Below are positions 47,755 through 61,687 of a stretch of 64,000 bases of DNA, in pieces (the stretch's first letter is position 1; the number at the start of each line of letters is the position of its first letter). Location: positions 1 to 64,000 of the forward strand of contig JADIIX010000084.1 in the NCBI GenBank assembly GCA_027604505.1. Reading direction: 5' to 3'. This DNA comes from Gonapodya sp. JEL0774. Lineage: Eukaryota. The notes under the pieces were generated by a model. It had not been told where the DNA came from. It did no database searches and saw nothing but the letters and a program-made list of their open reading frames with translations. The translations under genes and the position numbers were made by a program.

Positions 47755-48147
47755 CACTCCCAATTGGCGTGAAAAGCAGGAAATGACACAGAATCTGTCG
47801 ATACTGTGTCGGTGGGTGGCGTTCTGTTCAGGCACTACCGGTAGGGACCAAGCATCCACGAGAGGAATGTATCCTCGCAAAACAGGCACAATCAAGAATG
47901 TACTGCACGAGAGAGTCATTAATAGTAGATAGCTTTCCTGAGTGTTGCATTTACGCCTATCCGTTATAATCATTCCCGTCCCTCAATTTTCTTTCCATCA
48001 GGGGCAACTGCTATCTATTGCATAATTAGGCTAATAGTTAGGAGTATGATTCAACCCGACAGGAGCTGATGATTTTGAGAGTGCACCGGAATTGGAGCTC
48101 CCTCACACAGCAGGAAAGAGAAACCGGGAACCTGCTCTTCAATTGCG

Positions 48148-49105
48148 ATGACACGCCCAGCGAAACGGCGGAAGGTCCGTCTCCACCTGTTTTTCTAAGC
48201 TCAATCAATACGGACATTTTCTAAAGCACTGTGAACTGTGGAGATTAGGTCAAGAACCCCAATCAAAAGGTCACCAGAAGAAGGGCAGACTCCAGAAGGA
48301 AGGGAGCCTCAATGGCGCTTGTGCATCCTCTCATAACTAAACACTGGGAACCGAAGAAGACGTTGGAGGAGAATTACGAGAAACTCGGGTTCGTCGCTTC
48401 GGTGAACGGTTTGAGGGGAGGTAAGACCAAGAACACTATCAAGGAGAGAGACATCGAGGTTGGAGACTCGACTGATGAAGATAGTGAAACTGGGATGGAC
48501 ATTGCGATGCACGGAATGCTCCCGGATGACGAGATGTACAATCAATTAAAAGTTGGTGTTGCCGGTAATCCTGCGTCGTTTGCGCAGATTGCTGCCTTGC
48601 CCGAAGACATTAGTCTAGAGAAGCTGCTGGAATCGGGCCCTACAGTTGCCAGTGCATTCCAAATGGGTACGGTTGTGGGGAAGCTTCACCCTGAGCACGA
48701 GGACAGTGAGCAAGACCGTTCAACAGCCACAAAAGAGCCGAAAGTAATTGATGGTGAGTGTTTGTCGCTGTGTAGTACTTCCTTGCCAGGGAACTGTCTC
48801 AGAGTTGAATGCCGACTGTTTGGTGGTGGTGCAGAGCTGGAACGCATTGCAAATGACTTAGCCAAAATCAGGCCTGCAAGGCAACTTTCTGAACAAGAAC
48901 AGAAATCTTTACAGCTTCTTATGAGCAAGCATGGAGACAACTACGAAGTGAGTGCTCACAGTGAGTCTCCTTCGACATGGCATGCCTAAATACCCGTTAT
49001 ATTTCTCTCCCACAGGCCATGGCACGGGATAAGAAGCTCAACCCTTTTCTTTACACTGCAGGTCAAATGAGGAAAAAGTGCGAAAAGTTGCTTGGTCGAC
49101 GATGA
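48148..49105 (+). CDS. NOP16: Nucleolar protein 16 (60S biogenesis)
   Basis: MTRPAKRRK|VKNP; HPLITKHWEPKKTLEENYEKLG; LSEQEQKSLQLLMSKHGDNYE|AMARDKKLNPFLYTAGQMRKKC. Confidence 0.92.
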
Positions 49106-49340
49106 CTTCAAAGCGTCTGCCGCTCTCAAAAGCGACGTTGCGCGGAAGCGGGACGGACTAACTAGCTCACGATTTATTTGAGTACCATAGAAGTTGTATT
49201 ACCATCATTGAACAAAATGAATGAAACTGTTTGGACCCATTCTCCGAGCAGATGTGTCTGTAACAGCAAGTGCGTGCGAGTGATGTGCAACAAAAAGTTG
49301 TATGGGGAGACCATACCAATCGCACTACATTCCGTCACCG

Positions 49341-52150
49341 ATGGACCCAGATTTTAAAGCTGACGCGCAGCCAGTGCCTCCATCATGTTAGTTTCTTCCC
49401 GAGCTATACCTGAATCGCGTTCGGTGTGCGCCAGAACTGAACAAGCGCTCATCACGTTCTCGAACACCACCCTTCTGGTCTTTGAATCTTGCTGGAATCT
49501 CTACGTCTCCAAATGCGGCTGAATCACAAACCAACATGATACGTACTAGCATCAAACCCGTCCTCTAAAACCGGATCCAAGACCGGCTCGGCCTCAGCGC
49601 TCCCACCGCTTCCTGCGCCGTCCGATACTTCTGTCGATCCCAGCCCCACACCATCTCCGCAACCGCAGGCACAACCTCCTGCACAGCCTGCACCGCTGTC
49701 TAAGCCGTCATCCCGTCGTGCATCGCAGTCACAGCTTGCCAAACCTCCATCTCCGGAATCCCACCCCCAAACCACGCATTCCCAGGAGCGGCCCGGGAGC
49801 ACCGGCAGCGCGCTTCTACCAGAAGACTCTGAGCTTGCACTTGCGAGGGCGTTTCTGCAACAGTCGTCTGATGTCACAGGTGTCAATTTGTATGACCATT
49901 TGTCGAACGTTATCCTCCGGGTGTTAGAGCAGAGGCCAAAGAATGCGGCAGGTCCGAAACGAAGTGGGTCGGTGCTACATTCAATGAGACTTAATTACTT
50001 GGTGCCTTGGCAGACATATTTGAACAGTTGTCTGGTGAAGTGAAGAGGTCTAGGTTTCCTGCAGAGGATTCGAGCGCACCGGGTGCGTTTAGGGTGAGTT
50101 TTCATGAGAAGCTCGAGCATGCCCTGTTTCCAACTCAAAGAATTGCATTTTTTTATAAAGACAGCAAAAGACCTCCTGCAACTGGTGGAGCTCGCAAAAG
50201 CCCAAATAAAGACAATTCAGGTATTGGTGGTTCCACCGAGTTAATTCGCGTCAGCTACAGTTAATGAATCATTTTCTAAAAGAACATAGGTTCAAATCGA
50301 ACCACTGATGGACAACCAAAGGAAGAAGAAGGCGTTGGGGAGATTCCGGATATGGTGGATCTGGTCAATATGTTCGAATGGGCAGGGGTGAGGGCTCCGC
50401 GAAACTGCAATCAAGGGTTTCTTCTCCATAACTTGTTTAATGACTACTGCCTGCCCAAACTCCCCTTCTTGAGGTTGCTCCCCTTACGCCAACCGACACG
50501 TACATCCTCACCCTGTCCCTGCGCCACTTGACCTCTACCAAATCTCTCAAATCCGTTCGGCTGTTTGGGAGGATACACACTCTATCTTCTCATTCCTACA
50601 TTATCGCCGAGTGTGAGCCCTCCAACCCGCCTGGAGAGGTGGACCCAAATGCGCCCGTCGCTGACGACCCAAACGATCCCGTGGCGGGATTCGCTGTGGA
50701 CGCGGAGCTGGCCAAAGAAAGAGCCGAGAGAGAAGCACTCGTGGACAAATTGTTCGAGGAGCCAGTGGAGGGTCTACCGGAGGATCAGATGAAGTTGCTC
50801 CCCAAACCCAAGAAGAAAGGTGTTGGAGAGGTGCCCCCAGAGAGAGGGGTGGGGGTAAACAAATACGTGTATTATGTGTGTCGCTTTGGTAAGTGATGGC
50901 TGAAGTAGGGTTGATGTTCCTTCCCTCGTGGATGCATCTTACTGAGTCAATATTCCACAGCTGGTGACTCTTGGATCCGACTCCCCGATGCGCACCCTGA
51001 GAAGCTTCAAACAGCACGAAAAATCACAAAATACTTCTCGGGCGATTTGAATAAGAAGGTGCGCTGCTGTTTTGGTGGTTCACAACCTGTTTGTCCGACT
51101 CAGCCTTCCCGTGTAGATTGTTACCTACCCGCCCATCGAGTGTTCTGAGGCCCAATATCTCCGGTGCCAAATTGCGCGCATTGCTGCAGGTACTGTTTTA
51201 TCGCCGCAGGGATACTACATGTTCGATCCTGAGGAGGAGGCGGGGCTAGAGGACGGGGCACGTGAGTCCGTCATTCTGCGCATAAAGACAGTACGTTCGA
51301 ATGTTTTGATAGCGTTATCTGAACAATGGACACTTGGAAGATCCTACCACGATTATCGTCAATCCCGAGTACCGCACACCGCCCCCTGGTGAACTTCAAG
51401 TGGCGTCCTCGTGGGTGCATCACGTACCATACATTCTTCCACAGGGCAGAGTCAACTGGGAGGCACCACCAAAAACTCCCAGTAAAGAGACAACCGAGGG
51501 TAAAGACGGAGAGGAAGAAGGGGAGGAGGACGAGGGAGGCAGCGAAGGTGGAGATGATGGTAGTGGAGGTGCGCAAGGGAAGGAAAGTGGACCTGCAGTG
51601 CTGACAGCAGTGGCAGAAGATGGAGGTGAGATGCGCATGGTTCAGCAATGCTGTCGGGAAGATTCAAGATCCGATCCTGTCTTTTGCGGCGGACACCGCA
51701 TTTGCTCTACCAGAGATCGCTGCTGGTGTTCCCGCATTCAGCATTCGAATGTGCTCTACCTTCCACACAGTCAAGTACTCTCCCATCCATCTTGCGTCCA
51801 ATCGCTGGCCCGGTGCGCACACGATTGCCTACCAAGACCGCTTCGCAAATGTTTATGTTGGTGACGGCGTGAAGGCGATCACGAACACTCACGGATACCA
51901 CATCCCCGAGGGCTTGCCAGAGTGTGCCAAAGAGTGGGTTGATAAAGACAAGAAAGAAGAAGAGGAAGAAGAGAAAGACAAGGAGGACCTTAGTGTTGAG
52001 GGTGAGGGGAAGGCCAAGGTGAATCTAGGAGTGCTGGTGGAACAAGTTGAGCCGACATTAGAGCAAGAAAAGGCGGCGGAAGAGGATAAAGCGGCAAAAG
52101 ACGCTGAGAAGGAGGAGGCGGAAGCCGAGGGAAAAGAAGAGGAAGAGTAG
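49341..52150 (+). CDS. Flagellar radial spoke head protein RSPH4/RSPH6 homolog; start codon uncertain
   Basis: ARAFLQQSSDVTGVNLYDHLSNVILRVLEQRPKNAADIFEQLS; IPDMVDLVNMFEWAG; VRLFGRI..YIIAE; PPERGVGVNKYVYYVC; WIRLPD..ARKITKYFSGDL; YPP..EAQYLRCQIARIAAGTVLSPQGYY; WVHHVPYILPQGR; LASNRWPGA..FANVYVGDG; acidic tail. Confidence 0.93.
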
Positions 52151-52802
52151 TCCTAAGGAGCACCCTCTCGTGGGCCTAGATTGTAATCCTTTGTATTTTA
52201 TGATTGTATTCTCAAATTTGAGTTAGTGTCTTCTTTCTTGTGCGGTCAGTAAGCACGTCTTAGTTGTGTTGTCTGTCTCAGCTGTGTTTGTTGCACAACT
52301 TTTCAATATTTTTAGTGTGCCTTTGTTGTTCTGGAATACTTGACTTCCCAGCCGGTTTGACGGTAAGGTTTCACACGGTTCGGTCATCGGAGGGAGGGGC
52401 GTGCGTGCTGTGTGACTATCGCGAGTTAAAGCGCTCCGTAGAGTGCGCACCACGGAGAAGAGGTCTGCACGTTGTGAGGCTCCAGGGGAGAATGTGGTGG
52501 ATCTGACTGCTCTCGGGCTCCCCCCACCATCAGATCTGGCCAACGGCAGGACTTTTCACCTCCCCTCTTTCACCCTCCCCTTTCCTCAGTTCTCTCGGCG
52601 GCTATTTTTATTTCCATTTCAATCTCGGGTCGGTGGGCACTGCAGAGATTTTCACGGAGATTTAACCGTTCCAAGGACTGATCCTGATGTTGGTTTTAGT
52701 TCGTATATATGGGCGATCGGGTTCGTTCTTGGGTGCACCATCAGCCCCTGCTCACCGCACTCAATCACGACAGTGGGCACATTCTTTGGAAGATATTTCC
52801 AG

Positions 52803-55800
52803 ATGGGCAAGGAATCAAGACGCCACCTTGTTCTGGCTTTTCTCGTGCTCGCCGCTGCTTGGATTCCGTGTGCCCAACGGGTCTCTGGCTCTCCTCCCCT
52901 AATCAATCGCGTCAATGACACCATGGTAGTTCCCTTGGAACCCGACGCCTTTTCTCTGCTCAATCGCATCCCCTCTCGCTACCGGATTTTGAGTCGTCAA
53001 ATGGTGTACGCTGGTGAAAAATGTGGGACAAGCCCGTGTGCGGGGAACTTGTCCTGCACCACAGAGAGAATATGCGGTTGCAATCTGGGTTTCACCCCCT
53101 GTTTAGGTAGCAATGTAACTTGCTGCTCCGTCTATGGGCGATCATGTCAGCTTGAGAGCCCCAAATGCGGGCTAGCATTCTCATGTGAGTACACACTTCC
53201 AGGTTCCGAATTCGCCAGAAACAAATTTGGATAACAAGGACGACAGGTTCAAATTTAACACAGACCTGCCAATGTCCTAACTCGACGGTCCCCTGCAGCG
53301 GGAACACTGGCTGCTGTGTTGCATTATCCAATTACACAGGGAACACAGAAACCGTTGCCACCACTGCTCTCGCCGTGTCAGTGCCCACTCCCACTATTGA
53401 CAATGGGGGAGTTGTCTCACAACCTGCTTCCACGAATGGATCATCGATTCCTTTCAATATCTACCTTACTGCCTGCAACTCTTCTGCACCGTGTCCGCTT
53501 CCCTTCGTCTGTGCCTCTAACCGTTGTCACTGCGAAGCAAACCTCACGGTTTGTGTGTCCCCTGGCCTAGAAGGGTGCTGCAACATCAATCAATCGAATG
53601 CCACTCAGTCTGCGGGGTATTTAGATAGTCCGGTCACGAGCATAGTAGTGCCACTAGTCGCAGGAGTTCTAGGTGGTCTGACTGGAGCAGTTGTCATGGG
53701 GTGCATGCTCTGGCACTTCTACCGACGCTACATCAGCAAGATGAAGTCAGGCGGCACTGAAGTCCAGAGTTCTGAGGATACAAAGCCCACTTCGAAGTCT
53801 GGCGTGTCAGACACGCCCGTCCTCGTCCACTCCAACACATCGAGCTCTGCTACTACCCCGAGTGTGCCACCTCCTGCCGTACTGACATCGAAGGTTGTCG
53901 AACTTGCAACACCTGGAGCTGCGCCATCCGCCGAGATGATTCAAAGGACTCCTCCAGAGCTGACCCAACCACCAGTGGAAAATAAGCGGGTAGGTACACC
54001 ATTGCTCTGCTTTCAATATTTGAAACCGCAAACTCTCATCTCTCTCTCTCTCTCTCTTGACGTCAAATTTGAATGACAGCTTCCTCACTGGTGAGAAAAA
54101 CCTCTTCTGTCAATCGCCAGCATTTTCTCACACGAGGTCAGGCTTTTTGTCCGAGTGGCAGGCCCCCTTCGTAAGATCGACCAACCCAGCATTCCTTATT
54201 CAGGTGCACCATTGCTGGTCGAAAATGACGTAAGTGTGACTGATTTCAGTCCGTCATGCGTCCCTCATTAACCCGTGGTTTTTGGATATCACAGTTTGAG
54301 CCCACAGCACCAGATGAAATAGAACTTACGGCTGGCCATTTTGTTCAACCATCAGACGTTTTTAGGGATGGGTGAGCGCGTTTTCGTCTGCAAGGGAAGT
54401 TCAACCTCGCAATTGATGCAATCCGTGCCTCCTCCCTTTTTGTATATTGCAAATGTCAAGGTGGATGCTCGCACTGAACATTGATACGGGCGCGCGTGGA
54501 GTGATTCCAATGTGGGCGTTCTGTTTTGTCGCAGTGTGCTGCTCATTCCATTTGCCCACATAATCCACGCTCTTTCGATGCACCCTCACTCTTTCACTTG
54601 TCCGCTTTTCCTCTCCACGCACACATTATCCGTTTGTATCTCAGAGACTGCCTCCGCACTTCGGGACTCATTCCCACTGCCGCGGGACTTCCCACGGGAG
54701 GAGTTGCCCTCCACTCCTCAGCGCTCCGTTCTGAATCCCAACTTTCTTCCTCGATCGCTCACCGCGCAGCTGCTGAGCAGGCACGGCGACTGCCTGCGAG
54801 ATCGGAAGCAGAGGGTGAAATGAGCGTCGAGGGTTCTCGGGGAGGAGACACGACTCTCGCAAATGCTTCCAACGATGCTGTTGGGTGGAGTTTACAGGGG
54901 AGTCCGCGGACGGTACGTTCCACTCTGACATGATATTAAGAATGTGTTGCTGAGAGCTTGGCACTGTCCACGACTGCTTCGCAAGCAGCCAGTGACACCA
55001 CGACTCGTTGCCGACGTGCGGGGCCCTGGCGCGCCGATCTCTCACCCTCACCTACCTCCAAAAGCTCAACTGAGACCCCTAGAACCCTCGCCACCAGGCT
55101 TACTGCGTACTGGTCCGAGCGCACCTGCACTTGTCGCAGGTGCTCCTCCACTCGCATCCAGTAACGCTGGGATCCCTGCACTGGCAAACGATACCCAAGC
55201 TTCTTCTCCCTCCCCAACACCGGCTGGCTTGCTTAATCCGACCGTTTCAGCTGCCATCATTCTTCCCCCGCCACTGAGTGGTTCCGACTACCCCCCAAGT
55301 CTGAACACATCTTCAGCTTCCTCTACTGCGTCATCGACGCCCCTCCGTCCCCCTCCAATCCTGCTCCCTGCTCATGTTCCCCCAGTAGCCATGTCGGGTG
55401 AACTGGAGCTCGACAGTCGTGTTGCACTGCCTCAGCATCTATCTGTAACAACCTCGACAGCCCCGCCGAGTTCCGCACCACCGACTTCCTCGTTCTACAT
55501 TCTATCAGATCCTCAGCAACGTCTTTCAAGGCAGCCCGTAGTTTCCAGTAGTCTTTTCGAGCTTCCTTCACCAGTGCAAACAGAGGGCAGCACTGGGTTA
55601 TCACTCAACAGTGATAAGGTCGTCTTTCCCACTACACAATCGTTCGCAGAACCACCCAAAGCGCCTCGTCTCCTCAGCGCTTTGCCACCAACTGTTTCAG
55701 ACGAGCTCGCCTTGTCGTCCAAGCTACTTGCCAGCTCCACCGCATCACAAACCACGCCACACGCGCCAAACATTGATCCAACGCTTCCTCCCACAGTTTC

Positions 55801-55933
55801 ACAGGAATTTGATTTGGCGTCACAACAGGCGACCAGCTCCATCATCACATCACCAACCTCGTATTCCATACCGGATGCCCCACGCCTCATGCCGATACCA
55901 GTAGTCTCTCTTCAACTGGATGATGGACGTTAA
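52803..55933 (+). CDS. Type I membrane protein: signal peptide, three 8-Cys repeats, TM, cytoplasmic SH3 domain, S/P-rich tail
   Basis: Signal LVLAFLVLAAAWIPCA; Cys repeats ending in CC; TM IVVPLVAGVLGGLTGAVVMGCMLW; spliced SH3-like LLVEND|FEPTAPDEIELTAGHFVQPSDVFRDG|WMLALNIDTGARGVIPM. Joining of the last exon (54944-55933) is inferred. Confidence 0.75.
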
Positions 55934-56270
55934 GGAATGCAGATCAACGATCACCTATTTCGAAGCATATAGCAATGAGGACTATGTGATTTCTTTATAC
56001 TATTTATTGGTTGTATTATGAAATCATGAAATCTCGTTTTTGAATCTCCGAATTACTTCGACTCGAACACATTCCTGTCCCATATAATAAGGAGATGCGC
56101 TCCCACAATACTCATTCTGTTGCGCATCCTTTGATGAATTACTATGATAAGTGTTGCAGAACCGGCCCAAGCCTCGATGCACCAATTTATTTGTATATCC
56201 GACTCTTTGAAGGTCGGCACACAGATCTTCCGACCAGTCAAAGACTGCCATCACGAACGGAGAAGCGACG

Positions 56271-59159
56271 ATGGCTGACAGCAATGGGAAAAAATTTGTG
56301 AATCACGCCTCGACGGTAAGTAATCCTCACTTGTGACCGTCAAAGAGCAGGCGAAGTGCCTTCATTGTATTCGGCATTCAACCGACATTGTTGCGCACCA
56401 CCGCTGTCTCCCCAAGGTCGTCCTTGATTCACTGAAGGGTATGTGCATGCTAAACCCGGGATTGGCTCTTCTTGAAGACCACAAAGGTGGGGACGAAGGA
56501 TGTCAAAATTTAATGTCGACATCACTTCTATTGACAATTGCTTGTCATGTACTTCCACTTTCGTTTTGCATGGTGAACCGGTTACACGCACTGCTGACAT
56601 GTTATACGCTTCTGCGATGAATCGCCCCTACAAGTTATCTACCGTGCGTCGCTATCCAACCTGAGCGTCAGGAACTCTCAGGTCCAACTTATTTCTGGCG
56701 GAGGAAGTGGTCATGAACCCGCTCACGCTGGCTACGTCGGTGACGGGATGCTCTCTGCTGCCGTGTGTGGTGACGTGTTTGCGAGCCCGAGCTCTGTTGC
56801 TGTCCTGGCGGCCATCAATAAATGCGCTGGAGACAAAGGTGTGCTGCTTCTCGTGAAGAACTACACAGGTGAGTTGGTGAGGTTTGAATGCTTTTGAGAG
56901 CATGAAGCGACTCGCTGAGGAGCACATCTGAAACCAACATTGCCGCTGCAACGGCGCATCAAGGAAACGTTGAGACAGGGGTTTGGTTGCCTCTGTTTGC
57001 CATACTCTCCTGCAGAATCATCACAATTGACCTTAAATCTTCTTCGTAAATCAGGTGATCGCCTCCAATTCTCGATGGCGCTCTCCCAAGCTCGAGCTCA
57101 AGGCATCCAAGTCGACATGGTTGTAATCGGCGACGACGCCGCCATTTCTGCCAAAGGAAAGGAATTCGCAGGGAGAAGAGGGCTAGCGGGAACAGTCCTA
57201 GTGCACAAGATTGTGGGGTCTTGGGCAAGGAAGGGGTGAGTGCAACTGACTCGTCAAAACCACCTGTAAGAGTGAATTGGAGCGAGCTCAGATGGCGTTG
57301 GAGCTTCTCGCCTCTGTGCTTTGAAAATCCATTCTTCCGATTCGCTCGGTGTTCGGATGAGAGCTCATCCCCTCTCACTTACCCGGCATACCTACAGCCT
57401 ACCCCTTTCAATTCTCGCCCGTTTAGCCTCCCACCTCGCCAATCACCTCCTTACCCTCTCCGCTTCCCTTTCTTCAATCTCACTTCCCGGGTCTCCACCT
57501 ACCTTTTCTATTCCACCCACATCATATGAGCTCGGACTTGGTATCCATGGGGAGCCTGGTGCGCTCACCTTGCCTATGGAGGGGTGTAAGGAGATCGTGA
57601 AACGGATCGTGGAAGGACTTGTCGGCGTGGAGAGTACGGGAATGGAGTACTGTGAAGTGAAGGAGGGTGATGACTGCGTGGTGGTGGTAAATAATTTGGG
57701 TGGAGTAAGTGGGTTGGAGATGGGAGTGGTGGTGAAAGAAGTGGTTGAGGCGTTGAGTGAGTTTCTCGTGGAGCGCGCGAAATAATGCCTCGCGCCTGTC
57801 TATGATCATCACAACTCCACCTTGTTAGCCGCTTTCAAGATTTCCCCAACTCGTCTCCTCTCCGCTCCTTTGATGACTTCGCTTGACATGCGCGGCATCT
57901 CCGTCACTCTTCTGCGCCTACCCCGCGCTGACGAAAAGCCTCCCCTTGAAGTTATGGAAACAGGATTTGAATATTCTAAAGAATCTGTTCTCTCCAGCTT
58001 GGAGGAGTCGGTTGGGGCGACGGGGTGGCCGGGCGGGGTCAGCAGCACATTGCGAGAAGTCCCAGCGAGCGGCCAGGCAATGGAAAGGGCGGAGGTGAAA
58101 GAATGGAGTAGCGGGGGAAGTGACGATAAAGGGAAAAAGTTGGCCGATGCCGCATTGGATGATAAGTCAAAGTATCAGAGTGGTGAGTGTGTGACTGTTC
58201 CAATTTTAATTGTCTTACTTTCTGCCACGACCGCAAAATAACCCCCGTCTCAATCACGAACGGATATTCTTCCAAGCGGACAAATTGCGTACTTTATTGC
58301 TCACTGCCTGTCACGCCCTCATCAAGTTCTCTACAGAGTTAAACACCCTCGACGCCCAATCCGGCGACGGGGACACTGGAACCACACTTTCGGCAGGAGC
58401 GCAGGCTCTCATAGCTGCAGATGAAGTGGGCGGACTGGACTATGGGGATCCCGCCGTATGTTTTGGAGAGATTCAGAGAGTGCTTGCAAGTTCGATGGGA
58501 GGAACAATGGGGGCCTTGATTGGAGTGTGGGTTGGAGCCGTGGGAGAGTTTCTAAGACAAGGAAAAGACAGGGTTCGCGAAGAGAATGAAGGTGTGTGGG
58601 ATAATTTGACGGGGAAGGCATGGGGGGAGGCAGTTCAGGTAAGTAATTGCAAGCAATCTATTGTGATTGCGCCTTATTCGTTTCTCCTATCGGATTTATG
58701 TTCCAGATCGCCACAAAAAATCTTACTGCCGTTTCTGGCGCAAAATATGGAGGTAGAACTCTCCTTGATGCCCTTTCCCCTTTTGCGTCCACCCTTGTGT
58801 TCTCGGGAGACGTGGATGTGGCAGCTAGATCGGCAAAGATGGGTGCAAAAATGACAGCAGACATTGAGCAGGCGACACACGGGAGGTCCAGTTATGTGGG
58901 CAAGAGTTTGAAAGGGCACATGGACCCTGGAGCGGTGAGTAACAGACGTTTATAAATTAAAATAGTTCTGTTCTGCCTCATGCTTTCTCACTAGGTTGCG
59001 GTATGGCGGATCACCGAAGCTATAGCGGAGCAAACAGAGAAATGGTATAATGAAGAAAAACTGAGGAAGCAACAGCAGATGATGGGAGCTGGGAGTATGA
59101 GTGGGATGCAGCAATTCATGGGACAAGGGGCAAAGGAGAAGAAGATCGTTTTCGGATAG
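56271..59159 (+). CDS. DAK1: Dihydroxyacetone kinase / triokinase-FMN cyclase (Dak1+Dak2 domains)
   Basis: [136 protein letters not shown]. Confidence 0.96.
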
Positions 59160-59676
59160 TCTTGCAGGGAGGAGCAGGTACACTAACTAACTTGTTACGT
59201 GTCCACGCGTTCTCCTCAAAAGATCTCTTGCGCGATCTGAATCCCACATTATTCTTGCTGTCACCAACGCTACCCACTCACTTTGCTTTGTACTAGTGTA
59301 GCCGTCCATAATTGGCTGAGCCGGGCAAGATCACCATGCGTCCGTATGATTGTCTCTTATTTGGATCTTCATCTTTACAAAAAGACATCACCTTCTGACG
59401 AAGCATGTAACAATTGGAGAATTGATGACCGCTTTTGCTGTTTGTATCTTATTTTCATTGGTGTTCAATCCGCAAAATACCATCGAAGTCCCAATATAGC
59501 GAGAAGAAAATAAAATTGTTGCATATAGTTACATCAAGATGCCTTACATTACAATTCCAGTCCGTTTGGTGATGGTGTTGTCTCAGTGACAGTCAATGCT
59601 CCGATTGTTACCATTAATCTGCGAATTACTTTATTTGCAAACTCCCAACCTCAAAAAACCAACCGATTCAAGCTCA

Positions 59677-61687
59677 TCAGAACAATCCAAAACGTTTTTT
59701 CGATGCACGCTCAGTATCCAAATCAGATCTCTCTTTCCTTGCGTGTGGGGAAGAATGGCGGTTCCTGAGTCGACCGTCTCTCCCAAGCCCGCTCTCCACT
59801 CTGGACAGCAACGGTCGAATGACACCAGAACTTGTACGATCCACAGTACCGCTTTGTTCTGATGTCACGGAAGCAGTATCTCGTTTGTCGTTGGGTACGT
59901 TCGACGCCAAAATGGAAGCGGAAGGAGCCCGCGCTGCAGAGGCACCATCACCGTGGCCTACTCCCAGGGATGTTCCCGTCTCCCCACGCGCACGAAGAGC
60001 GCCGCCTCGAGAGGGCACTGGAGATCCTTGAATGATGGGTTCGGTAAGACCAGACGTGGAAGTGAGAACCAAACTGCTCTGCCCGTTGATCAGTTTATCA
60101 AGGCCAGTCATGTACTTCAGATCGTGCGAGAATATGGCAGATGTTGGTCGTTGAATAGGTGTACTTGGGGTCACCTCCCGAGTTGCATATGTCAGAGGTC
60201 GAGGCCGTACATCGTGAGACACGATGGACATGTTCTCAAGGGAGGTCATTCGTGTAGGGCGGCGGAGCCTACAAATTTACCCCAAGAGTTTTCACAGTGT
60301 CCAAGCAATAGCAAATGATTGGGATACAAATGCTTACTTCGTAAACAAAGTGTCGACGATGAACAAATCAGGTGCAACCCCTTCTCTGTTCACCGTCTCG
60401 AGTTCGTCGACCTCAAGCTGATGGAACGGCACGCTACCCCAGAGTGCTTGAGCAAGTTTTGGCGGCAACTTTGGATTGCTAGCAACGTGGTTCCGAACTA
60501 GCAGATACTGCGTAAAGCCGCTCAGTGGAGATTTCGGAGAGGATGCTGTATGCCTCAAGAGTCCAAGAAGGAAGTCACTGGAGACATCTTTGAGGGTTGT
60601 GGGGTCAGTAGCTGCATGCAAAGAGGCTCCGTCGAAGATGCGTCCGTACGGGAGCTGGGTTGATAAAGTTGGGGAAGTCATAGCAGCCTGCATCTCGGAA
60701 ACAGTAGTGAAATCGAATGGTACTTGGTTCCACAATTCAGTCAGTACGTCCGGAGAGATGTGGTCCTTATACTGCGCTTTTGCCTTCAGGAAACGGCAAA
60801 CACATCCGAACGCGCGGGTGGGCTCCACAGTCTCAAGAGCAAAGGAGAACGCATTTGCCGTAGCCTTCCCGAGAACTTGGTCCGTCGCTGCCGGTCCTAC
60901 CAGTAGATCCAATAGCCGCGATACAGCGCGTTCTGCTACTTGAGATACTTCCCATTCCCGCGCTTCCAACGCTATCCGATGCAGTTCGTTTGGATCCGGA
61001 CTCGTTCCTTCCAGAGTCTGCTCGAACGTTCGTTGAGCCTCAGTCGCTATTTCGGGAATTTCGAAAGACTGTGCTATGCGAATAATTCCTAAAATCTGCT
61101 CAGGAGGGATTGTCCGTCATGAGGTTGCCGCCGTTGGTAAGAAGGGAACCGTACCTCGGGCCAATTTCGTTCTCTCGGGACTATCGGACCTTCAGACATT
61201 GAGTATAGGTGCAGCAGTACTTCCCCAACGACTTGTAAAAGAGCTGCGTGTGCTGGTAGTGTCGGCAGCTCAAACACTCCTAGGTTCGTGACAGCGTGGA
61301 TTTCGGGGTTTGTTTGGCTCGCGAAGATAGTTTCAAAGAAAGGAGATCGAAAAGATAATAATACACGGTGGATTGGGATGGCTGTCATCTGTGAGAGTGT
61401 GAGGGTTCACGAGGCGGGTGATTGTTCGGCTTATCCACACATTCCATGCGAGTGAGAGATGCCCCCTGCTCTGCTGGGATTTCCCCCACCTTTCCGTCCG
61501 TAGATTTGAGTTTCAGCATTGCATCCGCGTACTTGCCAGCCCTTAGATAAGAGCAGAATCCACCCTTTGCAGGTGGAGCTTTCGCCGCTACCCACGGTTT
61601 CGATTGTGAGTGAAGAGAGATCCCATCTGAAGCGTTCCATTTGGTCTCAACCGAAGATGCGCTATCGCCAGCGTCAATAGCGAGCAT
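59677..61687 (-). CDS. BTB/POZ-domain protein
   Basis: FCSYLRAGKYADAMLKL..AIPIHRVLLSFRSPFFETIF (BTB N-terminal motif), then a BACK-like helical region (LWNQVPF repeated) and a disordered tail. Confidence 0.75.
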
